Shown piece after piece: positions 8,495-17,915 of a stretch of 64,000 bases of DNA. The notes under the pieces were generated by a model that ran no database searches, was not told where the DNA came from, and saw only the letters and a list, made by a program, of their open reading frames with translations. Origin of the DNA: Methanobacteriota archaeon (GTDB lineage Archaea; Thermoplasmatota; Thermoplasmata; SG8-5; DAIRED01); contig JAZDNO010000027.1 of the NCBI GenBank assembly GCA_043799545.1, positions 1 through 64,000 of the forward strand. The letters are read 5' to 3'. Position 1 is the first letter of the stretch; every line of letters starts with the position of its first letter. The translations under genes were made by a program, and so were the position numbers.

Positions 8495-9550
8495 TCAGTC
8501 GAAGGACAGGACGACTTTGCCGCTCTGGCCGGAGCGCATCGCCGCCATGCCTTTCTCGAACTCCTCGAACTTGAATCTGTGGGTGATGATGGCCTTCATG
8601 TCCTCGCGGAATTTCGGCAGTCGGTAGAGCCCTGCCATCTTGTACCACGTGTCGTACATGAGGCGGCCGTTGATGCCCTTTATCGTGGCGTACTTGAACA
8701 CCACCTTCTTGGAGAGGTCGAGCGTGATTGGCTTCGAGAACACTCCCAGCAATGCTATCGTCCCGCCGGAGCGCATGATGTCCAGTCCCAGGTCCACGGC
8801 TTCGACCGAGCCAGCAGTCTCGACTACGGCGTCGACGCCCTTGCCACCGGTCTCCTTCATTATTATCCCCTTGACGTCGTCCGTGTTGGAGCTTAGGGCG
8901 AAGTCCGCGCCGACCTTCTTTGCCAGGTCTATGCGGTACTGGTTCTTGCGCCCTATCGCGAAAACGCGCGAGGCGCCGCAGTTCTTCAGCACCGAGACCG
9001 CCATAGCGCCGATGGGGCCTATGCCCAGGACTGCCACGTCGCGCGCCGCGAAATCCGTCGCGAAGACCGTGTGCACGGCGTTGCCGAGCGGGTCCTGGAT
9101 GGAGCACAGCTCCGGCGATAGCGACGGGTCGTTGTGCCAGACGTTGTTCTCGGGGATTGAAATGTATTCCGCGAAGCAGCCCGCGCGGTCGACGCCGAAT
9201 ATCTTGGTGTTGAGGCAGATGTGCTGCATGTTGTTCCTGCAGTTGAAGCAATGGCCGCAGGCGATGTGGCACTCGCCTGAGACGTTCTCCCCGACCTTGA
9301 CGTGGTGGACGTTAGAGCCTATTGCAACGACCTCGCCTGCGAACTCGTGGCCGTAGACCAGCGGCAGCTTGAGCCTGTTCTGCGCCCAGGCATCGTACTC
9401 GTATATGTGGACGTCCGTCCCGCATATCGAGGCGACCTTGACCTTTATCAAAACGTCGTTCGGCCCGACATCTGGCACGGGCACGTCCCTGAATTCCGTT
9501 CCTCCGAGCTCCCCCTTGGCCTTGACAACCGCCCTCATCGTCTTCTGCAT
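8495..9550 (-). CDS. tdh: L-threonine 3-dehydrogenase
   Basis: ICGTDVHIY, GHEFAG, structural-Zn CxxCxxC...C, GIGPIG, GINGR, SGKVVL; paired with kbl. Confidence 0.93.
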   Translation of the reverse strand: MQKTMRAVVKAKGELGGTEFRDVPVPDVGPNDVLIKVKVASICGTDVHIYEYDAWAQNRLKLPLVYGHEFAGEVVAIGSNVHHVKVGENVSGECHIACGHCFNCRNNMQHICLNTKIFGVDRAGCFAEYISIPENNVWHNDPSLSPELCSIQDPLGNAVHTVFATDFAARDVAVLGIGPIGAMAVSVLKNCGASRVFAIGRKNQYRIDLAKKVGADFALSSNTDDVKGIIMKETGGKGVDAVVETAGSVEAVDLGLDIMRSGGTIALLGVFSKPITLDLSKKVVFKYATIKGINGRLMYDTWYKMAGLYRLPKFREDMKAIITHRFKFEEFEKGMAAMRSGQSGKVVLSFD

Positions 9551-9567
9551 CCTTTCATCCTGGGGGG

Positions 9568-10698
9568 CTATCCCATCCGCCGCATCGCGCTGGTGTGGTA
9601 GCCGACCACCACCTGAATATACTTTTTTCTCTTAAAGCTATCCACAAGCTCTGGGTCGTCGAAATCGACCCTCAATAAAGGGGTCGCCGCGAGCTTAGCC
9701 GGTGTGGCGGCGACGATGACGTCCAGCAGGTCAATTCGCTTCATGACCGCACTGCTTAGCTGCAGGTTCCCGCGCCCGAAGATGAAACCCTGCGCCCCGA
9801 TGGGGCTGACCACGATTTTGGCCTTCGGATGGGCATCCAGCATCGCCAGCAAGTCGCGTTCCGCAACGTCGCGGGCGACGATTTCGCCGTCCAGGTAGCA
9901 ATCCACCCCGAGGAGCGTCTTCTCCACGCCGAGCTTCTTGGCGATGTTCGCGACGGTCGAGCCAGGCCCGAGGATGAACATCGTACCGGGCGCCTTGGAA
10001 ACAATCTCGGCGAGGTGGTTGGCTATTCCCTCCTGGACGTCCTCGTCCGCGGCCGCCTCGAACATCTCCTTGCCCGTCTGGACAAACGACGGCTCGAACG
10101 GGGTGATGGCGAGCCCGTAGTGCTTCACAGTCCACTCCCCCGAACGATACGCCTCCTCGTCCAGGTCCATCAGCTCCCCCTCCTGTACCCCGGCCTTGCC
10201 TTCGAGCCATTCGACGAGCAGCTCCGCGCCCGCCTCCGGAGACACGGCGAAGACACCGCTGTGCATCTTGACGCCCGATGGAATCCCAAGGATTGGCACG
10301 CGGTTCCGCACGGCGTCGTGCACGTCCCGCGCCGTGCCGTCCCCGCCTACGAAAACCATCAGCTCGCAGCCGTTGGACAGCATGGCCAGGCAAGCCAGGC
10401 GCGTGTCCTCCGAGGTCGTGCCGTCTCCGAGCGAAGTGTAGTCCAGGATGAAATCGGCCCCCGCCTCTGCGAGCGCGTTCTCCCCCATGTCCGCGAATGC
10501 TGCGTGCCACTCCGGAACCGCCAGGGCGCCGAGCTCCTTCACCTTCGCAAGGAACGCCCTCGCGCGTCCCTGCGCCACCTCCACCGCCCCGCGCCTGACG
10601 GCCTCGTCGACGACTCCGTCCGTGCCCTTGAGGCCGACCTTGCCGCCCATCCCCGCGAAGGGGTTGATGACGAAGCCGAGCTTGCGCGATGAGGTCAT
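9568..10698 (-). CDS. ATP-NAD kinase family protein (AcoX-like); start placed at MTSSRKLG
   Basis: INPFAGMGG-GLKGTDG, GGDGT motif, GVKMHSGVFA, IFGRGNLQ. Confidence 0.85.
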   Translation of the reverse strand: MTSSRKLGFVINPFAGMGGKVGLKGTDGVVDEAVRRGAVEVAQGRARAFLAKVKELGALAVPEWHAAFADMGENALAEAGADFILDYTSLGDGTTSEDTRLACLAMLSNGCELMVFVGGDGTARDVHDAVRNRVPILGIPSGVKMHSGVFAVSPEAGAELLVEWLEGKAGVQEGELMDLDEEAYRSGEWTVKHYGLAITPFEPSFVQTGKEMFEAAADEDVQEGIANHLAEIVSKAPGTMFILGPGSTVANIAKKLGVEKTLLGVDCYLDGEIVARDVAERDLLAMLDAHPKAKIVVSPIGAQGFIFGRGNLQLSSAVMKRIDLLDVIVAATPAKLAATPLLRVDFDDPELVDSFKRKKYIQVVVGYHTSAMRRMG

Positions 10699-10753
10699 GG
10701 CGTCACTCCACCGCCTCGTACGATTGTTACAGACAATTCGCCTCGCCCGCAGA

Positions 10754-11392
10754 CTACTTGAGCCACTTTTCAAGCACCTTGTCGACCAGCGCCGAGTTCT
10801 CCTCCAGCGTTCCGCTGCAGTCCGCCTCGACCAGCAACCCCTTCTTCCTGTAGAACTCGATGAGCGGGGCGGTCTGCTCGTGGTATATCTTTAGGCGGTT
10901 CATCACGGTCCTCTCGTTGTCGTCGTCGCGCTGGAACAGCGGCCCAGAGCACTTGTCGCACTTGCCCGCGACCTTCGGTGGTATAGACTTGAGGTTGTAG
11001 ATGGCACCGCAGTCCTTGCACGTGCGCCGCGTCGTGAGCCTGCCGATTATCTCGGCGTCCGGCACCTTGATGTTGAGGGCGACGTCCACCTTCGTGATGG
11101 TGTCCAGGGCGAGCGCCTGCCCCATCGTGCGCGGGAAGCCGTCGAAGATGTAGCCCTTCGCGCAATCAGGCTCCGAAATTCGGTTCCTGATTATTTCGAT
11201 TATGAGGTCGTCGGGGCCGAGCTTTCCCTGGTCCATATATTCCTTGAGCTTCTTTCCGAGTGCGGAGCCCGATGCGGCTTCGGCCCTGAGAAGGTCTCCG
11301 GTCGATATCTGCGGTATCCGCAACTTCGTGAGTATGCGCTTCGCCTGCGTTCCCTTGCCGCCGCCCGGCGGCCCTAGAAGGATGAGTTTCAT
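10754..11392 (-). CDS. adk: Adenylate kinase, bacterial-type with Zn-binding LID
   Basis: GPPGGGKGT, STGDLLR, DGFPR, LID CxxC...CxxC, QRDDD. Confidence 0.95.
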   Translation of the reverse strand: MKLILLGPPGGGKGTQAKRILTKLRIPQISTGDLLRAEAASGSALGKKLKEYMDQGKLGPDDLIIEIIRNRISEPDCAKGYIFDGFPRTMGQALALDTITKVDVALNIKVPDAEIIGRLTTRRTCKDCGAIYNLKSIPPKVAGKCDKCSGPLFQRDDDNERTVMNRLKIYHEQTAPLIEFYRKKGLLVEADCSGTLEENSALVDKVLEKWLK

Positions 11393-11460
11393 GATGTCAC
11401 AGTCGCTGGAAAGGTCAGGCGGCTATAAATGGCTAACGGAGACCGCTTGCGGGCTTCGGC

Positions 11461-11721
11461 TCATTCCACAATCTTCTGCAAATGCTTCAAGAACTCGTCC
11501 TCGACGAAGGTCTTTGTGCTTGTGACTCCTGGTATGACCCGGATGTACTTGATGACCAGGGTGGCGATGTCGTCGTAGCTGTCCATCTTGACCTTCGCTA
11601 TGAAATCGACCGCGCCCAGGACGGGGCAGACCTCGGTTATCGCCTCGATCTTCAACAGCTCGCCGTAGACCTCGAGCTCCGCCTTGGGCTCCACCGCGAT
11701 GAGGACGTAACCGCATGCCAT
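11461..11721 (-). CDS. Lrp/AsnC ligand-binding (RAM) domain protein lacking the HTH
   Basis: 86 aa; YVLI, GxxDFIAKV, IRVIPGVTST-T pattern of the AsnC C-terminal domain. Confidence 0.8.
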   Translation of the reverse strand: MACGYVLIAVEPKAELEVYGELLKIEAITEVCPVLGAVDFIAKVKMDSYDDIATLVIKYIRVIPGVTSTKTFVEDEFLKHLQKIVE

Positions 11722-11764
11722 GCGGTTCGGGATTGGCTCGGGGGTAAATAAGCTTCGCCTTGGC

Positions 11765-12301
11765 TCAATGGCGCTTCCGGCGCTCGGCTGGGTTGATGAC
11801 GCTCATGACAATCTGGTCCTTGTAACGCCCGCCCTTGAAGACATGGTCCCTCATGACGCCGTCCTCTACGAATCCCGCCTTGATATAGCATTTGTGGCCG
11901 CGCTCGTTCCCCTCGAAATGCATCAGAAAAACCTTATGCAGGTTGAGCTCCTCAAAGGCGAACTTTACCAAGAGCCTCATCGCCTCCGGGCCATATCCCT
12001 TGCCCCAGCTTGATTTGTCTCCTATGAAAATGCCGATTTCCGCGTGACGGTTCAGGTGGTCGATTTTATGCAGGGCCACGTTGCCGATGTGCTTTCCCCC
12101 GCTTGTCTCGATAGCGAAAATCCTGTCTGTTTCCAGGCGCTTGAGGTAGCCTTCGTACCACCGCTCCTCCTCCTCCATCGACATCGGGTATCTGATGTAA
12201 AGGTTCTCCCTCACCTCTGGGTCTGCGAACCAATCGACGCAGCGCTTCAAATCCCCTCGGTCGAGCGTCCTGAGGCGCACCAACCCGCCCTTGCAGAGCA
12301 T
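11765..12301 (-). CDS. GNAT acetyltransferase, RimJ/RimL/SpeG-like; ATG placed 2 nt after the ileS stop
   Basis: HIGNVAL, AEIGIFIG, WGKGYG, NLHKVFL, Y-KAGFVEDG-R. Confidence 0.85.
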   Translation of the reverse strand: MLCKGGLVRLRTLDRGDLKRCVDWFADPEVRENLYIRYPMSMEEEERWYEGYLKRLETDRIFAIETSGGKHIGNVALHKIDHLNRHAEIGIFIGDKSSWGKGYGPEAMRLLVKFAFEELNLHKVFLMHFEGNERGHKCYIKAGFVEDGVMRDHVFKGGRYKDQIVMSVINPAERRKRH

Positions 12302-12303
12302 CC

Positions 12304-15300
12304 TCACACCACCGGCTTCAGCCAGAGCTTCAGCTTCCTGCCGTCGACGTCCCACTCCTTCGGCTCCCACTCCTGCTCGCCGACAGACAGCTCGTCCGAG
12401 AGCGTCTCTCGCTTGATGTATTCAGCAAACGCCCCCGCGGCCTTGTCGATTTCATCGTCGCCGGAAAGGGCCACGGTTATGCGCTGGTCGTAGCTGAGGT
12501 CCATCTCTTTTCGCATGACCTGGATGCGGCGCACGAGCTCGCGCGCGAGCCCTTCCAGCAGAAGCTCCTCCTTAATCTCCGTTGTCACGTAGACCTTTAA
12601 GCCCTTCCACTCGCCGCCGGAGAGCCCGTCGCGGTCGACAGTCTCGACCAGCGCGTCCTCGACGGAGATTTCGTAGGCCCCGACGGTCGCCTTCCCTTCC
12701 GCCTTCAAAGCCCCGGCGAGCAAGGCCGGGTCTGCCTTCGCAATCTCGTCCGCAACGAGCTTCGAATCCTTCTTGAACTTGGCTCCGATGCTCTTGAAGT
12801 TGGGCCTGACGCGCACTGTGCATACCCCGGCCGGGTCGGTCGCCAGCTCGACCTCCTTCACATTGAGCTCCTCGCGCAGGATGTCCGCGTATTTTTTCAG
12901 CGAACCGGCATCGGCGTCGCAGCACACCACCGTCAGCTTCTGAAGCGGCTGGCGCAGCTTTATGTCGACGCGCTGGCGGGCGTTGCGGCCGGCCACCGCC
13001 ACGGAGATTGCCAGGGCCATGTCGCGCTCCAGCGCCTCGTCGCGCGGTCCGGCCGTCGGGTACTTGCAAAGGTGCACGCTCTCCGGCGCGGACGAATCCT
13101 GTTTTACTACAAGATTCTGGTAGAGATGCTCGGCAAGGAACGGCGTGAAAGGCGCCATGAGCTTCGCAAGTTCCGTCAGCGTCTTGTAGAGCGCGGCGTA
13201 GGCCTGGGCCTTGTCCTCCGGGTCCGTGTCGCTCCAGAACCGCCTGCGCGACCTGCGGAGGTACCAGTTGCTAAGGTCGTCGATGAAGTCTCCGACCGCA
13301 GCGGCTGATTTGTGAAGCTCGTACGATTCGAAACCGGAGCGCACCTCCGTCACCGTCGCCGACAATCTTGAGAGAAGCCAGGTGTCCAGCTCGTTCTGCA
13401 GGCGCGGCTCTGCGGGAAGGTAGCCGTCGAGTCGGGCGTTGCTGACGAAGAAGGAGTAGACGTTCCAGAGGGTGTTGATGTCCTTGCGCAGCACTTCATG
13501 CACCAGGTCCTTGCTGAACTTGACGCTGTTCCAGATGGGGAAACTGTAAAGGTACAACCGAGCGGCGTCTGCCCCCACGGTCTCGAAGATTTCCTCAGGC
13601 TTGTAAGTGTTGCCGCGGGTCTTGCTCATCTTCTGTCCGTTCTCGTCCAGCATGAGGCCCTGCGTGAGGACGTTGCGGTACGCGGGTTTGTCGAACACCG
13701 TGACGCCGATGGCCAGCATCGTGTAGAACCAGCCTCGCGTCTGGTCTAGCGCTTCCGTTATGAAGTCCACTGGGAACGAGCGTTCGAACTCCTCCCGGTT
13801 CTCGAACGGGTAATGGTACTGCGCGAAGAACGCAGAACCCGAATCGTACCAGCAGTCGATGACGTACGGCTCGCGGTCCATCAACTCCCCGCAATCGGGG
13901 CATTTTATCTGGAGGGCATCCACGTGCGACCTGTGCGGGTCGAAATCCGGAGGCAGCCCACCCGCAAGCCTGCCGAGTTCCTCGAAGCTTCCGACGCACA
14001 ATTCGTGCCCCGAGGGGCACCGCCATATCGGCAGCGGCGTCCCCCAGAAGCGGTTCCTGCTGAGGGCCCAGTCCTTGAGCTCGTCGAGGAAGTTGCCGAA
14101 GCGCCCGTGCTTGAGGTGTTCGGGCACCCAGTTGATGGATCCGTTGTGGTGTATCATGCGCTCCCGCATCCGCGACATCCGCACGAACCACGAGTCCAGC
14201 GCGTAATAGAGCAGCGGCGCGTCGCAGCGCCAGCAGAACGGGTATGTGTGCATGTGGCTGCCTTTCGAATACAGGCGGCCGCTGTCGCTGAGGAATATGG
14301 CTATCTCCAGGTCGAACCCCGGCTCCTTGACGTACCTGCCCTTCCACGGAAGCACCAGCTCGTTGAACTTCCCCTCTGTGTCCACCGTGTGGACGGCAGT
14401 CAGGTTGGCCTTCGTCCCGGCCTTGTAATCGTCCTCGCCGTACATGCAGGCTGTGTGGACGACGCCTGTGCCCTCGGACGTGGTGACGAAATCCGCCGAG
14501 ATTATCTCGTACGCCTTTTTGCCAGGCCTGCGCAGGTCCATGAAGTCGAACAGAGTCTCGTACTTCCAGCCGACCATCTCTGAGCCCTTGATCGTCCCCA
14601 AGATTTCGTACTCGTCCTGGATGACCTTCGCCACGAGTTCGTTGGCAAGTACGTAGCGCTCGGAGCGCTGCTGGACTACGGCGTATACTATGTCCTCACC
14701 GACTGCCAGCGCCACGTTTCCCGGGAGCGTCCATGGAGTCGTCGTCCATGCCAGAACGTACGCGTTGGGGCCGATCTGCTCGTGAGGCTCGGCGAGCTTG
14801 AACTTCAGTGTGACTGAGAGGTCCTTGACCTCGCGGTAGCCCTGGGCGACTTCGTGACTGCTCAGCGGAGTTCCGCAGCGCGTGCAGTACGGGACGACGT
14901 AATGGCCGCGCTCCAGCAGGCTCTTCTTGTGAAGCTCCTTGAGCGACCACCACACGCTTTCCATGTACTTCGAGTCCATGGTGACGTAAGGGTGGTCCAT
15001 GTCGATCCAGAATCCGATTCTTTCGGACATGGCGCGCCACATCGCCTCGTACTTCATCACGCTCTCCCTGCAGAGCGCGTTGAACTTTGCGACGCCGAAC
15101 TCGACGATCTCCGGTTTTGAAGAAAGGCCCTGCGCCTTCTCCACCTCGATTTCGACGGGAAGCCCGTGGCAGTCCCACCCCGCGATGTAGGGGGTGATGT
15201 GGAAGCCGTTCATCAGGCGGTAGCGCAGGTAGGCGTCCTTGATTGCCCGTCCCTGCGCGTGCCCGACGTGCGGCACGCCGTTGGCTGTGGGAGGGCCTTC

Positions 15301-15438
15301 GAGGAAAACAAACCTGGGGCCGCCCTCGTTGGCCTTGCGCGCCTTGGCGAAAATCCCGCGCTCGTTCCAGAACTGGAGCGTCTCCCTCTCGAGCGCGGGG
15401 AACGATACTTTCGGGGGTATTTCGTCGAACATTCGCAT
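12304..15438 (-). CDS. ileS: Isoleucine--tRNA ligase (archaeal/eukaryote-like type)
   Basis: GPPTANG..HVGH, GWDCHGLP, WTTTPWT editing motif, GTGVVH, DWALSRNRFWG, KMSKT, WYLRRSRRRFW. Confidence 0.97.
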   Translation of the reverse strand: MRMFDEIPPKVSFPALERETLQFWNERGIFAKARKANEGGPRFVFLEGPPTANGVPHVGHAQGRAIKDAYLRYRLMNGFHITPYIAGWDCHGLPVEIEVEKAQGLSSKPEIVEFGVAKFNALCRESVMKYEAMWRAMSERIGFWIDMDHPYVTMDSKYMESVWWSLKELHKKSLLERGHYVVPYCTRCGTPLSSHEVAQGYREVKDLSVTLKFKLAEPHEQIGPNAYVLAWTTTPWTLPGNVALAVGEDIVYAVVQQRSERYVLANELVAKVIQDEYEILGTIKGSEMVGWKYETLFDFMDLRRPGKKAYEIISADFVTTSEGTGVVHTACMYGEDDYKAGTKANLTAVHTVDTEGKFNELVLPWKGRYVKEPGFDLEIAIFLSDSGRLYSKGSHMHTYPFCWRCDAPLLYYALDSWFVRMSRMRERMIHHNGSINWVPEHLKHGRFGNFLDELKDWALSRNRFWGTPLPIWRCPSGHELCVGSFEELGRLAGGLPPDFDPHRSHVDALQIKCPDCGELMDREPYVIDCWYDSGSAFFAQYHYPFENREEFERSFPVDFITEALDQTRGWFYTMLAIGVTVFDKPAYRNVLTQGLMLDENGQKMSKTRGNTYKPEEIFETVGADAARLYLYSFPIWNSVKFSKDLVHEVLRKDINTLWNVYSFFVSNARLDGYLPAEPRLQNELDTWLLSRLSATVTEVRSGFESYELHKSAAAVGDFIDDLSNWYLRRSRRRFWSDTDPEDKAQAYAALYKTLTELAKLMAPFTPFLAEHLYQNLVVKQDSSAPESVHLCKYPTAGPRDEALERDMALAISVAVAGRNARQRVDIKLRQPLQKLTVVCCDADAGSLKKYADILREELNVKEVELATDPAGVCTVRVRPNFKSIGAKFKKDSKLVADEIAKADPALLAGALKAEGKATVGAYEISVEDALVETVDRDGLSGGEWKGLKVYVTTEIKEELLLEGLARELVRRIQVMRKEMDLSYDQRITVALSGDDEIDKAAGAFAEYIKRETLSDELSVGEQEWEPKEWDVDGRKLKLWLKPVV

Positions 15439-15628
15439 TCACCTGCCCGGAAACGCATCGGCGATGGCCACCACGTTCCAGAGGCTTGAGCCGTTCGGAG
15501 TATATTGGTGCGGCATATAATCCTTGCGACCGCAGCTGGTCAGCATCGGCGCGGCACATAGCCGCTGGAAAGATTTATATTCGATGTCAGCACATCACCG
15601 AATTGCGTGCGGGTGCGCGCGGGTGTGC

Positions 15629-16930
15629 ATGATGTGGAACCGCGATTTTGTTCTCAGGTCGGTGTGTGTGCTGCTAGCCCTGGTCACGGCGATGTCGGGT
15701 TTTTCGGTGGTGGCGGGTGCGTCCGATGCGGATGGCCCGCAGGCGGAGCCACTTGCCTCGGAGCAGGCGGCCATCATCCCAGCCGCAGATGAGGCCCACG
15801 CTGAGACATCCTCTTCCGACGACGGAAACGGCGTGGCGGGCGGGGAAGGCGCCAATCCCCCGGCCCTGATCATGGTCCAGAAGGAGTGCGAGCTGCTCGT
15901 GGCGGCAGAACAGGAGAACGAATTGGTCATCGCGGACGTCATCGACCCCGACATCGACGGTGATGGCAGGAACAACACCAACGACGAATTCCCCGATGAC
16001 AATGGCGAGTGGGCGGACCTGGACAACGACACTGTGGGCGATAACTCGGACGGGGACGTAGACGGCGACGGTTACCTCAACCCGGTCGACGACTTCCCAT
16101 ACGATGCTTCGGAATGGAACGACACGGACGACGACGGAATCGGCGACAAGACAGACGGAGACGTGGACGGAGACGGAGTCTCCAACTCGGCCGACGAGTT
16201 CCCCACGAACCCGCTGGAATGGAACGATACCGATGGTGACGGAATCGGCGACAACACCGACGAGGACGTGGACGGAGACGGGGCGGACAACTGGCAGGAC
16301 GACTTTCCACTCGACCCGTCCGAAACCACAGACTCGGACAATGACGGCGTGGGCGATACCGCCGACGCGGACGACGACGGCGACGGCTATCTGGATGCAT
16401 CCGACGAGTTCCCTGCGAACCCAGGGGAGTGGAGCGATTCGGACGGCGACGGAATCGGCGACAACACCGACCCCAACATCGACGGCGACGGCTATGACAA
16501 CTGGCAGGACGAATTCCCTCTGGACGATGCCGAGTGGAACGACACCGACGGCGACGGCTTCGGGGACAACTCCGACCTGGATATAGACGGCGACGGCCAC
16601 CTGAACACCGACGACGCGTTCCCCTTCAACCCGTTCGAGTGGGCGGACTTGGACGGTGACGGATTCGGCGACAACACCGATGCGGACGCCGATGGCGACG
16701 GTGTGCACAACTGGGAGGACGCCTACCCGTACGATTCGACGAGGAGCGAGCAGGCCACGACTGCCGCTGACGACCAGCTGAGCGGAGACTCGTGGGCCTC
16801 GATGGCGGCGCTGTTCATAGGAATCGCCGCGCTTGTGACTGCGTTGACCGCATTGGCCATGCGTGGCAGAAAGGGGAAAGAGCCGGAGCAAAGGCCATCA
16901 GAGGCGGAGCAGGAAGAACCCCAGAGATAA
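15629..16930 (+). CDS. Secreted, membrane-anchored acidic protein with thrombospondin type-3-like Ca-binding repeats
   Basis: N-terminal hydrophobic signal (LCVLLALVTAMSG), about 7.5 DxFP...D-D-DG-GD...D-DGDG repeats, C-terminal TM helix followed by basic RGRKGK. Confidence 0.85.
   Translation: MMWNRDFVLRSVCVLLALVTAMSGFSVVAGASDADGPQAEPLASEQAAIIPAADEAHAETSSSDDGNGVAGGEGANPPALIMVQKECELLVAAEQENELVIADVIDPDIDGDGRNNTNDEFPDDNGEWADLDNDTVGDNSDGDVDGDGYLNPVDDFPYDASEWNDTDDDGIGDKTDGDVDGDGVSNSADEFPTNPLEWNDTDGDGIGDNTDEDVDGDGADNWQDDFPLDPSETTDSDNDGVGDTADADDDGDGYLDASDEFPANPGEWSDSDGDGIGDNTDPNIDGDGYDNWQDEFPLDDAEWNDTDGDGFGDNSDLDIDGDGHLNTDDAFPFNPFEWADLDGDGFGDNTDADADGDGVHNWEDAYPYDSTRSEQATTAADDQLSGDSWASMAALFIGIAALVTALTALAMRGRKGKEPEQRPSEAEQEEPQR
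15970..16740 (+). repeat. Coding tandem repeat, 35-aa (105-nt) period, 7 full copies plus a partial copy
   Basis: Units such as NPVDDFPYDASEWNDTDDDGIGDKTDGDVDGDGVS and NSADEFPTNPLEWNDTDGDGIGDNTDEDVDGDGAD; boundaries approximate. Confidence 0.85.
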
Positions 16931-16939
16931 CCGGACGCG

Positions 16940-17860
16940 TCAGACTAGGAACAGCATCGCAACTCCGACTATTGCCACCGCTGCACCGACCACGCCGCGC
17001 CACCCCGTCCTCTGCCTGTAAACTATCCAAACGACAGGTATGACCATTATCGGCATGAGGGACATCAGCGTCTGCGCAACGCCAGTCAGTGTGTAGGATA
17101 TCGCCACCATCGACAGCCAGACTCCGAGAAACGGCCCTGTGACCGTTCCCGCCAGCGTCCTTCCGATGGCGCCCCCGTCCTTCGTCGCCTTGCGAATCTC
17201 GCCAAGCCTGCGCAGGACAATCACGACGGTCCACATCGAGGCCGCACCGACGAGCATGCGCATCAGCGTGGCCGACAACGGGTCTATTGGCTCCGCGCCG
17301 TCCGCGCCCTGCATGCCGTACTTCGACAGCACCAGGCCGACTCCCTGGCATACAGACCCCATCACTGCCAGGCCATATCCCAGGGCGAGCTTGTCTCTGG
17401 GGATTTGCTGGACCTCGCCCGGGTCCTTCTCGTCAAGGACCGCCAGCATCACTCCGGACATCGTGACCGCAATACCCGCGAGCGCCCAGGCGCCCAGCGC
17501 CTCGCCCAACATGGCGTAGGCTGCGAGTGCGGCAAATATCGGAGCCGTTGACATCAGCAGCACCCCTCGCCTCGGGCCAATTAGGACCAGCGCGCCTATG
17601 TATCCTATGTCTCCAATCGCCAGCCCGACGATGCCGCTGAGGCCGAGGTAGAACCACTGGCCATCGGTCGCCGAGGGCAGCAATGCGCCCATAAGAATCA
17701 CGTGCGCTGTCAGCAGCAAACCGACAGCGGCAGTGATGCGAATCGTGTTCACGCTCAAAGCGCCGATACGCTTGCCTGCGGATGAGAAGAATATCGAGCA
17801 GGCCGTCCAGAGCATCGACACGATGATGGCTGCTCCGTTGCCGAGGAGCTGGGAATCCAT
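16940..17860 (-). CDS. DMT/EamA family transporter (10 TM)
   Basis: Two EamA-like halves; GxxY...IGPRR and LGVWLSMVAI...VAQTLMSL-P motifs. Confidence 0.88.
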   Translation of the reverse strand: MDSQLLGNGAAIIVSMLWTACSIFFSSAGKRIGALSVNTIRITAAVGLLLTAHVILMGALLPSATDGQWFYLGLSGIVGLAIGDIGYIGALVLIGPRRGVLLMSTAPIFAALAAYAMLGEALGAWALAGIAVTMSGVMLAVLDEKDPGEVQQIPRDKLALGYGLAVMGSVCQGVGLVLSKYGMQGADGAEPIDPLSATLMRMLVGAASMWTVVIVLRRLGEIRKATKDGGAIGRTLAGTVTGPFLGVWLSMVAISYTLTGVAQTLMSLMPIMVIPVVWIVYRQRTGWRGVVGAAVAIVGVAMLFLV

Positions 17861-17915
17861 CAGGTCGGGCTCCAGGTTGCAGTCGTGCGGGTTCGTCCAG
17901 TCGAGCCCTCAGCGC

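Noticed and set aside
15442-15451. TCCGGGCAGG on the minus strand, matching the tRNA-Pro 3' end (possible distant att site)
   Set aside because: Only 10 bp, GC-rich, inverted relative to the tRNA, and it overlaps the ileS ribosome-binding site (CAGGTGA).
15439-15516. 25-codon minus-strand ORF ending directly at the ileS start (possible leader peptide)
   Set aside because: Its ATG overlaps the likely TATA box (TTATAT), it has only one Ile codon, and no attenuator structure is evident.
15970-16740. Regular DNA repeats suggestive of a CRISPR array
   Set aside because: Degenerate, in-frame coding repeats with third-position variation; no invariant repeat/spacer pattern and no cas genes.
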